Below, piece by piece: positions 1-13,499 of a DNA stretch of 64,000 nucleotides; position 1 is the first letter of the stretch, and the number at the start of each line of letters is the position of its first letter. The notes beneath the pieces are model-generated. The model saw only the letters and a program-made list of their open reading frames with translations, did no database searches and was not told the DNA's origin. Source of the stretch: the human T2T-CHM13v2.0 reference genome, Homo sapiens; NCBI RefSeq assembly GCF_009914755.1, contig NC_060926.1; one strand, written 5' to 3'. The translations under genes and the position numbers were made by a program.

Positions 1-59
1 GTTATACTAATAGCTAGTATGGGCTATTACTTGTATATAGTTATAGCGATAGCTATTAC

Positions 60-295
60 GTATATGGCACTGATTATGTGCCAAGTACTATTTTACCTGT
101 TTTATATTAAGTCATCTAAACTTCCACATCAAGGTAAGCACATGTTTTTATCTCCATTTAACTGATAATGAAATTGAGGCAGAGGAAGGTTTAGTAATTT
201 GTTTAAGGTCACATAGCTAATAAGTGGCAAAGCAAGGAATTTCACCCAGGTGTTCTGGCTCCAAAATCCTTGCTTCTGGCCAGTACACTATACTG
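60..295 (-). mobile_element. MIR SINE
   Basis: Reverse complement of the MIR core: CCATTTAACTGATAATGAAATTGAGGCAGAG...AAGGTCACATAGCTAATAAGTGGCAAAGC...GGCTCCA. Confidence 0.85.
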
Positions 296-1345
296 TTACA
301 TTTCCTTCATCTTCCAGTTTCGTAATGTCCAAGGATATCATTATATTTTTGTTGTGTTAACCCAATGCTTTGCAAAACCATACCATGTGAGTGGTGTACA
401 TTTTCAAGCTCCCAATATCACGAAAATGTGGTGCCAGGATTGGATGTGTAGAACTCAGCATTCAGATTGAAGAAAAACAAAATCATTGACCAAAAGTGCT
501 TATAACCAGATATACTTATAACTAATAGGTTAAGTGGAGAATAATTTCCTGAAGAGATGATATTCTCCTTCCATATAGGACTGTGGGATCTTCCTGCTAA
601 ATCCTCAGTTGCTTTGAAGAGCTGTAATTGTGAATAATCCTCTCAGATAGCCTGAGAATTCAATTTTGGCTAATGACTATATACCATTGCAATAGGTAAT
701 CTTCGATAACATAGCCATATTAAAAATTCCCTAAAAGCAAGACTCTTTCTCACTTTAAGTCTCACTGTCTATAACGCCTTAAGAAAAAATAAACACATCA
801 TTTATAGGTATATACGGATGCTGAAATGAGTTAAACAGATTTTTCTGATTTGGTATAAAATATTCTTATCAAGAACCAATGTCAATGTGTATGAGATAGG
901 AGTCACTATTTGAAATCATTAGCTCTTTGCTAATAGATTTGTGGCAATATTTTGGCATATTTCTTTTATTATTAAAAGAAAGCAGGTGTCTTGAAAGTAT
1001 TTTAGATGTAATGTTTTTCCACTAACCTATTTAAAACTCTATCCTTCTAAGGAAATATATTTGATGGAACATTAATAAAAATCAGGTGTATGTGTTCTAT
1101 TTTAATGTACGTACAAACAAAACTGGTATGTGGTATGACTTTTCTTAAAACACACACTGGTTGAGACCATGTTGAGTCTAATTATGTTGGATTGGGGGAA
1201 GACAGCTATTCAGTGAGAGAAGAATTACATAAAAGAGCAGAACTACAATTTAGTTTTCATTTTCATGATGTCTGTGTGTCTGTGTACCCTAAAACGAGAG
1301 TGTGTCTGATTAATGTGTTAGCATTGTTTGCATGGAGAAAGTCCC

Positions 1346-1723
1346 TGTATTTGCCCATTTTCACACTGCTCTAAAGAAATACCTGAGACTGGGTAATTTA
1401 TAAAGGAAAGAGGTTTAACTGACTCACAGTTCTGCATGGCTGGTGAGGCTTCTGGAAACTTAAAATCATGGTGGAAGGGGAAGCAAACATGTCCTTCTTC
1501 ACAAGGAGGCAGGAGAGAGAAGTGCAGAGTGAAGGGGGAAGAAACTCTTATAAAACCATCAAATCTCATAAGAACTCACTCACTATTACAAGAACAGCAT
1601 GGGGGAACTGTGCCCATGATCCAGTCACTTCCCACAGGGTACCTCCCCCAACATGTGGGGATTACAATTTGGTTTACAATTCAAGATGTGATTTGTGTCC
1701 GGACAGAAACCTTAACCATATCG
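1346..1723 (-). mobile_element. THE1-family MaLR solo LTR (THE1D-like)
   Basis: TGTAT...ACCTGAGACTGGGTAATTTATAAAGGAAAGAGGTTTAA...AACCATATCG; 5-bp TSD GTCCC (1341-1345) / GTCCT (1724-1728). Confidence 0.92.
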
Positions 1724-2649
1724 GTCCTCCAATGTTTATTTCCATGTTTCTATCACTTAGGCTCTGGGCTTAAACCAATTAAGATGACATCAATGTTACT
1801 TTCCCTAGAGGAAATGATGGCTACTGTCCATCTGGTAAATGCTGTAGCCCCACCAAAATATGACATCAGTGAGTTCCAAGTTGGGGTATGGGGCAGAAAG
1901 ACATATTATTACTAGCAAAGATGCATCTCATAATTCAAGAATAAATGCTGGCGCCCAAAATCCTTGTGCCTTACTTATGCAAGTGATCAAATATGGGCTG
2001 AGTCCCTGTGTATCAACAGTGAAAAGGAAACACATGTTTCTTCCTTTCCTCATAGTGTCCTCTGTGGATGATGGAGTGCAGACCACAGACCCAAAAAGGA
2101 GAGTCTGGTCCTTGCCCTTGCATGGAATAGTGGCACATCTTAGGTGTCTCTTGCTTCAGTTGTAAAATAATCTCCATGAATACTTTAAGCTTTAACATCC
2201 CAAGGTACAGACATTGTGCCTTATGTATCTTTATCTAGGGCCAAGTACATGGAAGATGCTCAGTGTATATGTTTTGGACTTAGGAATGCAAGACACGTGT
2301 AAGTCTAGGAAGAGTCCTAGAAGTTCTTAGAAATTAACCAGCTAATTAATTATTATTAATTAATATATATTAATATATAAATATATAATAATACTAATTA
2401 ATAATAATTAATCTGACTCAGCCATTCTCTCCGTTTCCCAAAGAGCATCTACCAGGGAAATGTTTATCTGCTCCAAGGTCTAGTTCACCACAGGCAAGTG
2501 ACAGATAGTTTAACTTCCCTATTATGCAAACATTAATAAAGACACTTAGGTGTGTTTATTTTTACTAGAAGGAAGGTGTGTGTGTGTATATATGTGTGTT
2601 ATAACTGTTAATATATCCTTGCATAGCCAAACTTATGGAATGTTTAGAT

Positions 2650-2973
2650 CTACAGTGTCTAGTTTAGTAGCCACTAGCCACATGTGGCTATTGAGCTCTT
2701 GAAATGTGTCTGATCCAAATGTAAATGTACTTAAAATTTAATATACACACTGGATTTCAAAGACTGAAGCATAAACAAAATAACATAAAAGATCTCATTA
2801 ATAATTGTTATACTGACTATATGTGGAAATGATAATATATTAGGTATATTGGCTTGAATAAAATATATTATTAAAATTATTTTCACCTGTTTTTACTTTT
2901 TTTTTTTTACATGGCTATTAGAAAGCTGAAAATTCTATTTGTGGTTCTTATTCTGTTTTATTGGACAGCGCAG
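2650..2973 (-). mobile_element. MER33 hAT-Charlie MITE
   Basis: GTAGCCACTAGCCACATGTGGCTATTGAGC...TTGGACAGCGCAG, about 324 bp; degenerate 8-bp TSD GTTTAGAT/CTCTAGAC. Confidence 0.88.
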
Positions 2974-3064
2974 CTCTAGACAGAAGCAAAATTGGGTATA
3001 GCATGCATGAGATAGTTTGAGTCCTGGGGAAGATCTTTGAGCCTCACATCATCTCTTGGGCAAC

Positions 3065-3188
3065 AGTGCAATTCGGTTTGCCTGGGGCAGTCCTGGTTAG
3101 TGCCCGTTGTTCTGGCATAATTATTAATAATGTCTTCACAAACTGTCAGAGGTGTCCATGTATGGATGATAAATTACGTGGCACCCTG
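3065..3188 (-). mobile_element. MER94-like hAT-Blackjack MITE
   Basis: CGGTTTGCCTGGGGCAGTCCTGGTT...GGCATAATTATTAATA...GATGATAAATTACGTGGCACCCT matches the remembered MER94 reverse complement. Confidence 0.7.
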
Positions 3189-4589
3189 CATATAGCCCTA
3201 CGCTCACTTTTATTGTTCGCTCACTGATAAGAGAAGCAGCCTTTCAAGGAAACCTTGGGAACATAACAACCACAACTCTAACACTGGTACCCTGCAGAGG
3301 AGGTTCTGTGTGGCAAGGACCTGGGACTGGAGCTACGGACACTGAGACTTCACATTCTTTTCCATCTCTTGGATTTTGTACTTGGCGCTTCCTTCACAAC
3401 TCCAGCTACACCATTCTTGATTCCTATGATTTGATAAGTGATGGTGAATTCGGGGAGTGTGTGATAATGTAGCCATGTATCAACTAATATGAAAAATAAT
3501 TGCTTAAAAAGCCATGTTCAATTGCATTTCAGTCCAATATCCACAGGAAGAAAAAACAATCAAAATTTCCATCTCTTAAAGAGTGTTCACATATAAGTAA
3601 TTCACAGATGGCAGAGCCCCAGGTGGGTTATGTTCAGTCATTCCCAAGAAATGAAACTTACTTATAACCCACAGCATAAGAAGCTGTAAGGATGAATATT
3701 TGACACATTTGATTATGTTGAAATACTGCCTTTAAAACACAGTTGATGACTGTTATTTTTATTTGCACTTCATTAGGCTTACTGTAGAGGGAAGAGTTTT
3801 CATTGATGCCCAGAGATGTGTGTTTTTCAAAAGTTGCAAAAGTTACACTTGTTTTCTAGCTGATTAAATTTATTACAAATTGGTTATTTAAGATGTACAC
3901 TCTCAGACATGCTGGAGTTTTAAAAAGGGCTTAAATTAGAAAAATCAGATTCTCTGAAAGCTTCAAATTCTATGTATATTGAGAAGCCACTAAATCTGGT
4001 ATTTGTTATTTAACACCAGACACACAGCAAAGAAATTTGTTTCCTTTGTTCCTCTTTTGGTCAACATACCTAATTATCAGAATAGTACAATCATTAATGT
4101 GCAAATAGTAATAACTGTTTATCTTTCAAGACAGTATAGCAAATCTAACTCTATTGACTGCTTTTGAATTCAGAAAGAGAATCCTAGAAACAGGATATTT
4201 TGGTGAGAGTCTGCTTGTGGGACTTCTTACCTTCCTTTTCTTGATTGTAACCTGGTGTTCTTGGCTTAAGGGCATGCCATAAAACAAGGTTCTTGAAACT
4301 GATGTTCTCAAACTTGCAATGGAACAGAACTCTAAAACAGATGTGATTTTTTTCTTAATATCCGGTTAACTAGCAAGGTTGTTTTGTGTTTTAATGACTG
4401 TTTATGGTTTTTAATTTAACCCTTAAGGCAAATTGATCCTGCAGGGCGAGAAAATTAAAAACTGGATTCCTGAAAATTATAATACTGTGGTTGTTCTCAG
4501 AGAGTGAATGGCATTATTTGTTCTAAAACCATTACTTGTCTTACATCACCAAAATACTTGACCTATCTTTTCAAAGTCCATGTGTATTT

Positions 4590-4595
4590 TATATA

Positions 4596-4629
<34 letters not shown>
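4590..4629. repeat. (TA)n microsatellite
   Basis: About 20 TA units with one TG interruption. Confidence 0.95.
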
Positions 4630-4636
<7 letters not shown>

Positions 4637-4649
4637 AAATAAGCTGGCA

Positions 4650-4806
4650 GATTTGGGGGTTGTTAAATTAGAAGTTCATGGATAGATTTCAGGGGGGTCT
4701 GTTAACTCTCTGAAGTTTTATGCCTTAGCCAGGGGATGGGGGTGTGTTTCATGAAAGAGATTCTATTACTTCAGATTTTAAAAGAATAACAAAAAATCAA
4801 CCACTG
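4650..4806 (+). mobile_element. Degraded hAT-Charlie MITE (MER103-like)
   Basis: TTCATGGATAGATTTCAGGGGGGTCTGTTAACTCTCTGAA...TCAGATT...AACCACTG terminus. Confidence 0.55.
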
Positions 4807-5486
4807 TTTGGGGGTTAGATTAAATAATGTAGGGAAGCCACTAATTCTCACAGTGAGCAGAATGAGAGAAGTTAAGAAGTAGAGAATTATCACTTCCTCC
4901 CTGCAAATATGTATTAAATAATGAAGGTTAGTTCATCATATTATCACCTGTTTACATGACACATAATATGTAAGTTCAAGATTTTAAGAGGAATAGAAGT
5001 TTTTGCATTTTTTCATTGAGAGGCTAAAAATAACTCTTTAGTCAGTATCAACACAATTATTAGCAACTCTAAGATTGGGGGTAAAGGACACAGACCGGTG
5101 GAGGGAAAACACCCTGAGGGGAAGTGTTTCCAGTTGTCCTGTGTGTTCTACTGAGACAAGAAGGGAAAATACAGTGTTCTTTGGGGCTTTTGGTATTTTA
5201 TCAGTGAGGATAGTGGCAGGTGGCTGCTAGTGAGAGTGCATTTTTACAGTGAGTGGCTGCATTCTCTTTAAGTCTTGCTAAGATAATATGATGACGTGTT
5301 GATTTGAGGAATTTCCCCTCATATGTCACACATTTTCCCATGTTTGTCACATATATTGAAATTATTGTCAGTATTGCCCCTGTATTAAACTTCCTCAGAC
5401 CCATGAAAGAAATCACCGAGATATTACAGAGAAATTCAAATAGCTTGATTTCAGGGTTAAAATAATTGATCGCCACTGTGATGTTA

Positions 5487-5847
<361 letters not shown>

Positions 5848-6576
5848 TTACCAAACATTCTGAGTGACCAAATCATATTTTTCTGTAGAATCAAATATCT
5901 GTAGAAACACTGGAACAAAATAAATGTTGTGGGTACTGATGTGTATTAGAAGGATGGCTCTATCCATTGTTTTCCAAAGAGGAGAGATGGATGCTGAAGA
6001 GCAAAACAGGGGGAGAAATAGCATGTAATATACTACTTCATTATTTAGAGATACTGAAACTATAAAAGGTTTTTATTTTTTTTCCCCACCCTGACACAGT
6101 GATTTAATAATAGTTCTGGTGTTTGTAACTCCAGCTGTTCACGCTGTGTGCTGATAAGACCAGAGCTTGAAGACACATTGCAACGATGGCTTTCATATGG
6201 CTTTGTTTTTAAGAGATAAAGCTGCCATCCGATATTTCATGGGGCCAAATGTTTACTTCATTTGGCAAGTTTAGGCAGCTTAATTTTTAAATCAGTTATG
6301 CTTGCAAGACTCAAGTTTCAGGTAGGAAAAAACCTGAAGCCCAGTTTACTCTGCAGCAGAGTTTTTCACCATATCTCAGCAGAAGATGTTAAAACAAATC
6401 TGGATTGCCTGAATGTCTGTACCATGACTAATCAAGGAAACTAAGAAGTGAGATCCCTATTTAGGTGTGTGCTCCCCGATTTTTCTTCTTGGGTCTTAGT
6501 CTAACACTGAAAAACTCTAAAAGAAGGATCACTATTTAGGTCAATTTCAGAAATTAACAAGGTAACCATGACATGT

Positions 6577-6578
<2 letters not shown>

Positions 6579-6630
<52 letters not shown>
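6579..6630. repeat. Pure (TA)~26 microsatellite at the end of an L1 tail
   Basis: Uninterrupted TA run followed directly by poly(T). Confidence 0.96.
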
Positions 6631-6650
<20 letters not shown>

Positions 6651-6829
6651 TTATACTCTAAGTTTTAGGGTATATGTGCACAACGTGCAGGTTTGTTACA
6701 TATGTATACATGTGCCATGTTGGTTTGCTGCACCCATTCACTCGTCATTTACATTAGGTATATCTCCTAATGCTATCCCTTTCCCTTCCCCGCACCCCAC
6801 AACAGGCCCCGGTGTGTGGTGTTCCCCTT
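6631..6829 (-). mobile_element. L1PA 3' end, heavily 5'-truncated
   Basis: Poly(T)-AATTATACTCTAAGTTTTAGGGTATATGTGCACAACGTGCAGGTTTGTTACATATGTATACATGTGCCATGTTGG...ACAGGCCCCGGTGTG is the antisense primate L1 3' UTR. Confidence 0.95.
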
Positions 6830-7217
6830 TGCTGTTTAGCCTTGATCTGCACACAATGAAAACTGAATGGGTTTTGTTTTCATGTCAAAATAAATTGACT
6901 AATCCCTTAGATGCCCAAGATTTCTGCTGTGTGCTTTCTAGAAAGCCTAAGACATGGTTCCTGTCCTCAAGAAACTTACAACCTCGTTACAGAGAACACA
7001 TCTAAAGCAGTTAAACAGCCCTAGCAGTCTGCAAGCATGTATCAGATTATCAAATAATACGGTTTTAACCATCAAAATGAGTGGTTTTTTTTCCCTTTAG
7101 CCTGCACTTTGGTACTCTACTTAGCCTTCCTAACCCCTGAAGGGAATTGCCATGTGCAGTATCTCTATTAGCTGTTATCTCTCTGAAATATAATGTTTAC
7201 ATGACTGCATTTTTTCA

Positions 7218-7315
7218 AGACTGTGAACTCTTCAGAGGCACAGGCCAGTGTATTCGTTTTTGTATTCAAGCCCCCAGGCACAGTGCCTGGCACTTAAGAC
7301 GTTATCACAAATATA
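7218..7315 (+). mobile_element. L2 3'-end fragment
   Basis: AGACTGTGAACTCTTCAGAGGCA...GGCACAGTGCCTGGCAC. Confidence 0.7.
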
Positions 7316-9075
7316 TGACTAGATGATAAAAATCATAAAATCTAGAATCATAAAGTTAGTAATCTTTGAGTTATAACTTTGTAATTTTCTAATAACTGTT
7401 CAAAACATTTAGAAAGGTCTTGATTAGAAGTTTCTGGATAATTTCTTATATCCATTACATCTAAAGATTTCTCCTTCTAAATTTTCCTCCTAGTCCATCT
7501 CCCTTAAGAAATTTTTCTAATTTCAGTTGATTTGGAAGAAAATAAAAATACTTCTGGTATGTGAATTAATTAAAAAGAAAGAACATTTACGACGTGTTTC
7601 TTGGCAAAGCACTGATAAACATCTCAATCTCACTTTCACAATATGGGCAGATGTAATTTGACAGTGTTGTTTGAAATTTTGTAAAGATGATGTTTAAAGT
7701 AGTTTTATTTTAAAGACCAAGATCCTGTGTCTGATTGCATCAATAACTCTGTGACCCTAAGAAAATTAGTTAAATAGTGGGTGATTTCCTCAGAAATTCT
7801 ATGTAATGGAAGGGAAATAATAAATAGAGAAACTGTATGAACTCTAGTTGTTCTTAGGGACTTATCCATCCAAACTAGTGACTTCAAGATTCCAGATGTG
7901 AATTATTAAGTTGGTTGGTATGAGTTCAACTTTAGATTTCATTTTAATGTCTCAGTGTTCATAACCAGTCATGCAGTGAGGTTATCTTTCCATCCAAAAC
8001 ACCAATAATCATTTTTTATTGGTCAAATGAATAATATCAAGAAATATTTTTTAAATGCCACACACACAAAGGCAGCAGCGTAAATGCCTACATATGCGTA
8101 TGTGTGTACCCTTACCCTCTTTGGAGGGAAAGCTACTACCTAAATTTGAAGGCTAAAGTACATATAGTCATGTTATCGTAAAGTGAAAGTTAAGGGTATG
8201 GGTTGTGTCTTCCATAGGTTCTGAACTTCTGTATGTACCTTCCAAATTGTGGACATTTAGTAAAGACTGATGACATAGGAGGAAAGGGTTAATGAGAGTT
8301 CACCTTGAGAAGAAGCAAGACAATTGGCCTTGGGAGGAGAAGGAAAATTATTTCTTTGAGCATGGTGTGATTCATAGAACTCTCTTACGATAGGGGACGT
8401 TTTTTTTTTTATCACAGCATAAACGCTTCTAAAGTACAAGTTTCAATTTGGTTTCTGCTTTCAAAATCTTGTCATACAATGACATTGTACAGACGTTTAA
8501 AAGAGTTTTATTTCTTAGGAGAGTGGCCCCTTTCCTAATAGCTCTGTACTTTAAAATAGAATTCCCATTTAGATGAATCACATTTTAAAAAGTAGCTACT
8601 GTGAGTGTTTTACGCTTGTGGAAACATATAGCATCCTCATAAGCAGCATGAGAGCCTGTCACCATACAGCTTTTGATGTCTGATTAAATGATCGTAGGGA
8701 CATCTGGAGGGAGTTAGTTTTGAAGTAACTGGTGTGAAGCACTGGAGAATCCGAAGCCTTCTGACAGACTAAAACCATTAAAAAAAAAAAAATTGCTACT
8801 TTTAGCAAATCTTTTTTAACTTGAAACTGGCTGGAAATTTTCAGACTCACATAGCCCTGATATTTCTCAACAGATTTTTCAGACAGAACTCTCTACGTTT
8901 TAAGCAAAGAATGGTTAAGTAGCATTTGTTGCAAAAATCATAAAGGAATATCCTTTGAAAGGAAAAAGTAGATACTGAAAGCAACAGAAGTCAAAATTGA
9001 TTTACTTAAAGAAATTGTCTCCTTTTTATCTGCCTTTAATTTTAATCAGTGTATTTTAATTTTTAAAGGACACAA

Positions 9076-9093
9076 ACACACACACACACACAT

Positions 9094-9125
<32 letters not shown>
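9076..9125. repeat. Compound (CA)n(TA)n microsatellite
   Basis: Read directly from the sequence. Confidence 0.93.
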
Positions 9126-9407
9126 TTGACATTCAGCTATATTCTTATGAAGACCCAAAGGCATCAAAGCGATTGATATTGATATAAGGTTATGGCATGT
9201 TTTGAGCACCTGTCAAAAGTTTCTAAATGTCTTGAGTCAAAATTTTATTTGCATAGTCTCATAAAATACAGGCATTGTTTATTTAAAGGTTGTATAATTT
9301 GTAATTTGTCCACCGAGGTTCTCCTAGTATGAGGTGATTTCTTATTGTTTCATGAATAAAATTATGATATACCTACATATATGAATATATTTACAAATCC
9401 TGACCTT

Positions 9408-9992
9408 ATGTATGTATATGTGTTATATACATATACATGTGTTATACGTATATGTTATATGTATGTTATATACATATACATATATACATGTATGTATTCG
9501 TATATGTATGTTATATATGTATATGTGTTATATACATATACATATATACATGTATATGTGTTATATACATATACATATATACATGTATATGTGTTATATA
9601 CATATACATATATACATGTATATGTGTTATATACATGTGTATGTGTATATGTATATATACATATATGTGTATGTGTATATGTATATATACATATATGTGT
9701 ATGTGTATGTGTATATATACATATATGTATATGTGTATGTGTATACGTATATATACATATATGTGTATGTGTATACGTATATATATACATATATGTGTAT
9801 GTGTATACGTATATATATACATATATGTGTATGTGTATACGTACATATACATATATGTGTATGTGTATACGTATATATATACATATATGTGTATGTGTAT
9901 ACGTATATATACATATATGTGTATGTGTATATATGTATGTGTGTATATATACACACACGTGTGTGTGTGTTTGTGTGTATGTTTATATACAT
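9408..9992. repeat. Purine-pyrimidine alternating (TA/TG/CA) micro/minisatellite, about 585 bp
   Basis: Three exact 33-bp units at 9521-9619, then about 30-34-bp units; accounts for six overlapping Y/I/V/C/H-rich ORFs. Confidence 0.95.
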
Positions 9993-11900
9993 CTCCTGCC
10001 TTGAAACCCTTGATCATTCTCCACTGCATTCAGGATGTTTTAAAATTTCTTGGTATGGCTTTTTAAAAAAAAGACTTTTTTCTCTTTTTTAAATTGTGGT
10101 AAAATATATATATTTACTGTCTTAACAATTTTAAGTGTATAGTTCCATGGTATAAGTACATTCACATTGTTCTGCATCCATCACTACCACCTCTCTCCAG
10201 AACTCTTCACCTTCCAACACTGAAACTCTATACTCTTAAACAGTAACTCCTTATTCCCTCCTTTTCCTTGGCAACCACCATTCTGTTATACTTTTTCTCC
10301 CTATGATTTTGACTACTCTAGGTGCCTTATACAAGTAGAATCATGCAGTATTTGTCCTTTTTTAATTGTATTTGTCCTTTTTTGACTGGCTTATTTTACT
10401 GAGCATAATATTCTTAAGCATCATCCATGTTGTAGCATATGTCAGAATTTCCTTCCTTGTTAAGGTTGAAAATACTCTGTTGTATTTGTATACAAATATA
10501 CCACATTTTGCTTATCTACTCATCTCTTGATGGACACTTGAGTTGCTTCCACATTTTACCTAATATGAAAAATGCTACTGTGGATACGGGTGTAAAATAT
10601 CTCTTCCAGACTCTGCTTTCATTTCTTTCCGGGAGATGTCCAGAAGTAGAATTATTGGATCATAGGGTTTATTCTAATTTTCATTTTTTGAGGAACCACC
10701 AAATTCTTTTCCACAGAGGTGTGTCATTTTACATTCCCACCAACATTGCACAAGAGTTCCAGTTTCTCCACATCCTTGCCAACACTTGTTGGTTTCTGTT
10801 TTGTTTTTAGTAATCATCCTAATGACTGTGAGGTGATATTTCATTGTAGTTTCGATTTGCATTTCCCTAATGCTTAGTGATACTGGGCATCTTTTTAAGT
10901 ACTTATTGGCCATTCATGTATCTTCTTTGGGAAACTGTCTTTTCAAGTCCTTTACTGATTTTTGAATTGTGTTCTTCATTTATTTGTTGCTGAGTTCTAG
11001 GAGTTTTCTATATATGCTGGATATTAACTCCTTATCAGATATATGATTTGAAAATATTTTTCTCTTTCTTTACATTGCCCCTTCACTCTATTGTGTCCTT
11101 TGTGCAGACATTTTTAATTTTCATGAAGTTCAATTTTTCTTTTTTTTTTTTAACTGTGCTTTTTGTATCACATCCAAGAAATCATTACCAAATTCCACAT
11201 TATGAAGATTTTGCCTTATGTTTTCTTCTAAGAGTTTTATAGTTTTGGCTCTTAGGTTTAGGTCTTCGATTTATTTTGAGTTAATTTTTGTACACGGTAT
11301 TAGATAAGGGTCCAACTTCAGTCATTTGCCTGTGAATATCCAGTTTCCCCAGCATCATTTGTTAAAAAGGTTATTCTTTCCCCCATTGAATGGTCTTGGC
11401 ACCACTGTTGAAACTCATCTGAACATACCTTAGAGGGTTTATTTCTCAGTCCTTGATGTGGCTTTTAAAAACTTAATCACAACCTATATGCTTAGCTTTA
11501 TCTCTAGTCACACTGCATGAAGGACCCTATGTATGAGAGTTATAATTTTTCACATGTGCAAAGAAAGCTTCTGTCTGTGGGTCTTTGCCCAGATGTTTCT
11601 TCTGCTGGAAGAATGACAAATATCATTTGTCTCCCTTTCTGCTAATGAATGTACAGGTACCCTTCAAAACTTAGTGTAATGGCCTCTTTCTTTACTGATC
11701 CTTATCCACACCCTTTCTGCTCTGGACAGAATTTACCACTTCCCACTGATGGCATGCTGGAATACCTCTAGCATAATTTGTTCCACCCCATGTTATAGTT
11801 TTCTGCATATGTCTCCTTTATGAATCTAGAAACTTGTAGGTGGCTTGAATTTCCTTCCACATTAGAACACGGCATCATGCCCAACAGCAGCATTTATATA
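9993..11900 (+). mobile_element. Old L2 fragment split by an L1MB insertion
   Basis: CTCCTGCCTTGAAACCCTT...ACTGCATTCAGGAT...TTCTTGGTATGGC left of the L1; L2-like sequence resumes at about 11460 (CTTTGCCCAGATGTTTCTTCTGCTGGAA, CTTCAAAACTTAG). Confidence 0.5.
10076..11450 (-). mobile_element. L1MB (L1MB3-like) 3' UTR and ORF2 end
   Basis: AAATTGTGGTAAAATAT...TTGACTACTCTAGGT...GTGAGGTGATATTTCATTGTAGTTTCGATTTGCATTTCCCTAATG; the minus-strand ORF 10674-10913 resembles the L1 ORF2p C-terminus (MANKYLKRC...IREMQIETTMKYHLT...NKCWQGCGE). Confidence 0.93.
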
Positions 11901-12094
11901 TTGTTTAAGGAATGGGGGAATTTTCTAATCACGATTGCTCATTTCAACCATGAAGCAATTTAATTTCAGCTTTAATAGCGTTAATTTACATTCTACTTCT
12001 GCTAGCGAGTAGCCACGTAATACTACCCAGCACACCTTGGAGGAGGGCTACTTTTCTCTTTCAATTCCAAGTTCATGTCAGTCGTGGACACTTA

Positions 12095-12290
12095 ATTATT
12101 AATATATGTGTTCAAATATATTATTTCATCCCATGAACATCTGCAAGTTCAGCTTTATTGCCTCCATTTTACAGACGACGAAGTTCAGGCTCAAACGAGT
12201 TAACTTATTTGCCTTAGATCACAGAACTAACAAGTAGCAGTGCTAGGATTCAGATTTATCTTAACCTGCAGTATAGACTCTTCATTCTAC
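12095..12290 (-). mobile_element. MIR SINE
   Basis: CTCCATTTTACAGACGACGAAGTTCAGGCTCA...GCCTTAGATCACAG...AAGTAGCAGTGCTAGGATTC. Confidence 0.82.
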
Positions 12291-13499
12291 CCCTCAAATC
12301 AAATGTTAGCCTTGAGAGTAGCATTTGTCCACATTATGCTGCCATTGCTTTGGGCAATCTTCCTTTGAAACTGCCTCAAAGCCAGTTTATCAGCCCCTCC
12401 TCCTAAAAAAAGTCATTTCATCATTTTATAGTCACTATTTTTCCTTCAAAAATGGTGGCGTTCTATTTGATGCCAAAATCTATATTGTACAGTTAGTCTC
12501 AGACTGTTTACACAATTTAGATACCTCTGTGAAGGAGAAAATTTTTCCACCACAAAGGAATTTAATGCAGGCATTTAAGACATTCATATTCATAGAAGAA
12601 TGCATTCAGATGGGCTGAAAGCAGCAGAGTTTTAGAACAATTTTTTGTTTATTCAGTTGCCTAGTGATTAAGACATGTAGGTTTTGTCCCTGACTCATCC
12701 ATTGACTCTTTGTCAGGTTAAGCAAGTGTAATTTAGTTCTGTGTCTGGAAAAGGAAGATTGTCTTCTATATTGGCCACGGTGGAATTGCAAGGTTAATGC
12801 CTTCTATCTTGAGTACAGCATTTAGCAGACTGTGGGTGCTTAATATATGTTAATAATAGTGATAATAATGAATGTTGATAATTAAAGGTCTTTTATAATT
12901 ACTAAATTTTCTATGTGTGTTAAATATAATTAAAGGGAAATGATTTAAATTAATATGCATACATATAAAAACTAGAGCTAGCCACAGCTTTTATTTTTAG
13001 CTTCTCAACTAACGTCATGAATGTGAATCTTATATTAAGAAATTCAATTATGATGGCAGTTTCACTAGGGTCATGTATAGAGAACCCATGCATGGTTCTA
13101 CTCTGGAAACTAGAAAGGCAATTTGAGTTGAAAAACATGGGCATGAATGGGAAGCTTCAAGGGACTTTAGTGGTTGGAGCTTGACCAAATGAAGTTGTGC
13201 ATCGGATATCGTTATTATGAAGTATCTCCATAATACTCCCTTTGAGTTCTACTGGGAGTCAGAGGTACCTTACTGGAAGCTGGGCACCATCCCAGAAATA
13301 CAGATAATAAACAAGACTGCCTGGAGGGTCTATAGAAGATATAGGTAGAATAAAGGAAACAGTAATCATAAATAATAACCCAGGAAATTCAGCTTGGAGA
13401 TTCATTCTTTGAACTCAAATGCTCAGGGTTACTAAAGGTTATTATTTCTTAAGGTTCTGGCATGGCAGTGGAAGTGTGAACCATGAGATGTGGAAGGCT

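Noticed and set aside
1318-1915. ORFs of 83-159 aa
   Set aside because: Lie over the THE1 solo LTR; no recognisable domain.
9381-10092. Six long overlapping ORFs (121-226 aa)
   Set aside because: Translations of a stop-free TA/TG/CA repeat; low-complexity Y/I/V/C/H strings open on both strands.
10674-10913. ORF resembling the L1 ORF2p C-terminus
   Set aside because: Real homology, but only a fragment of a dead, truncated L1MB.
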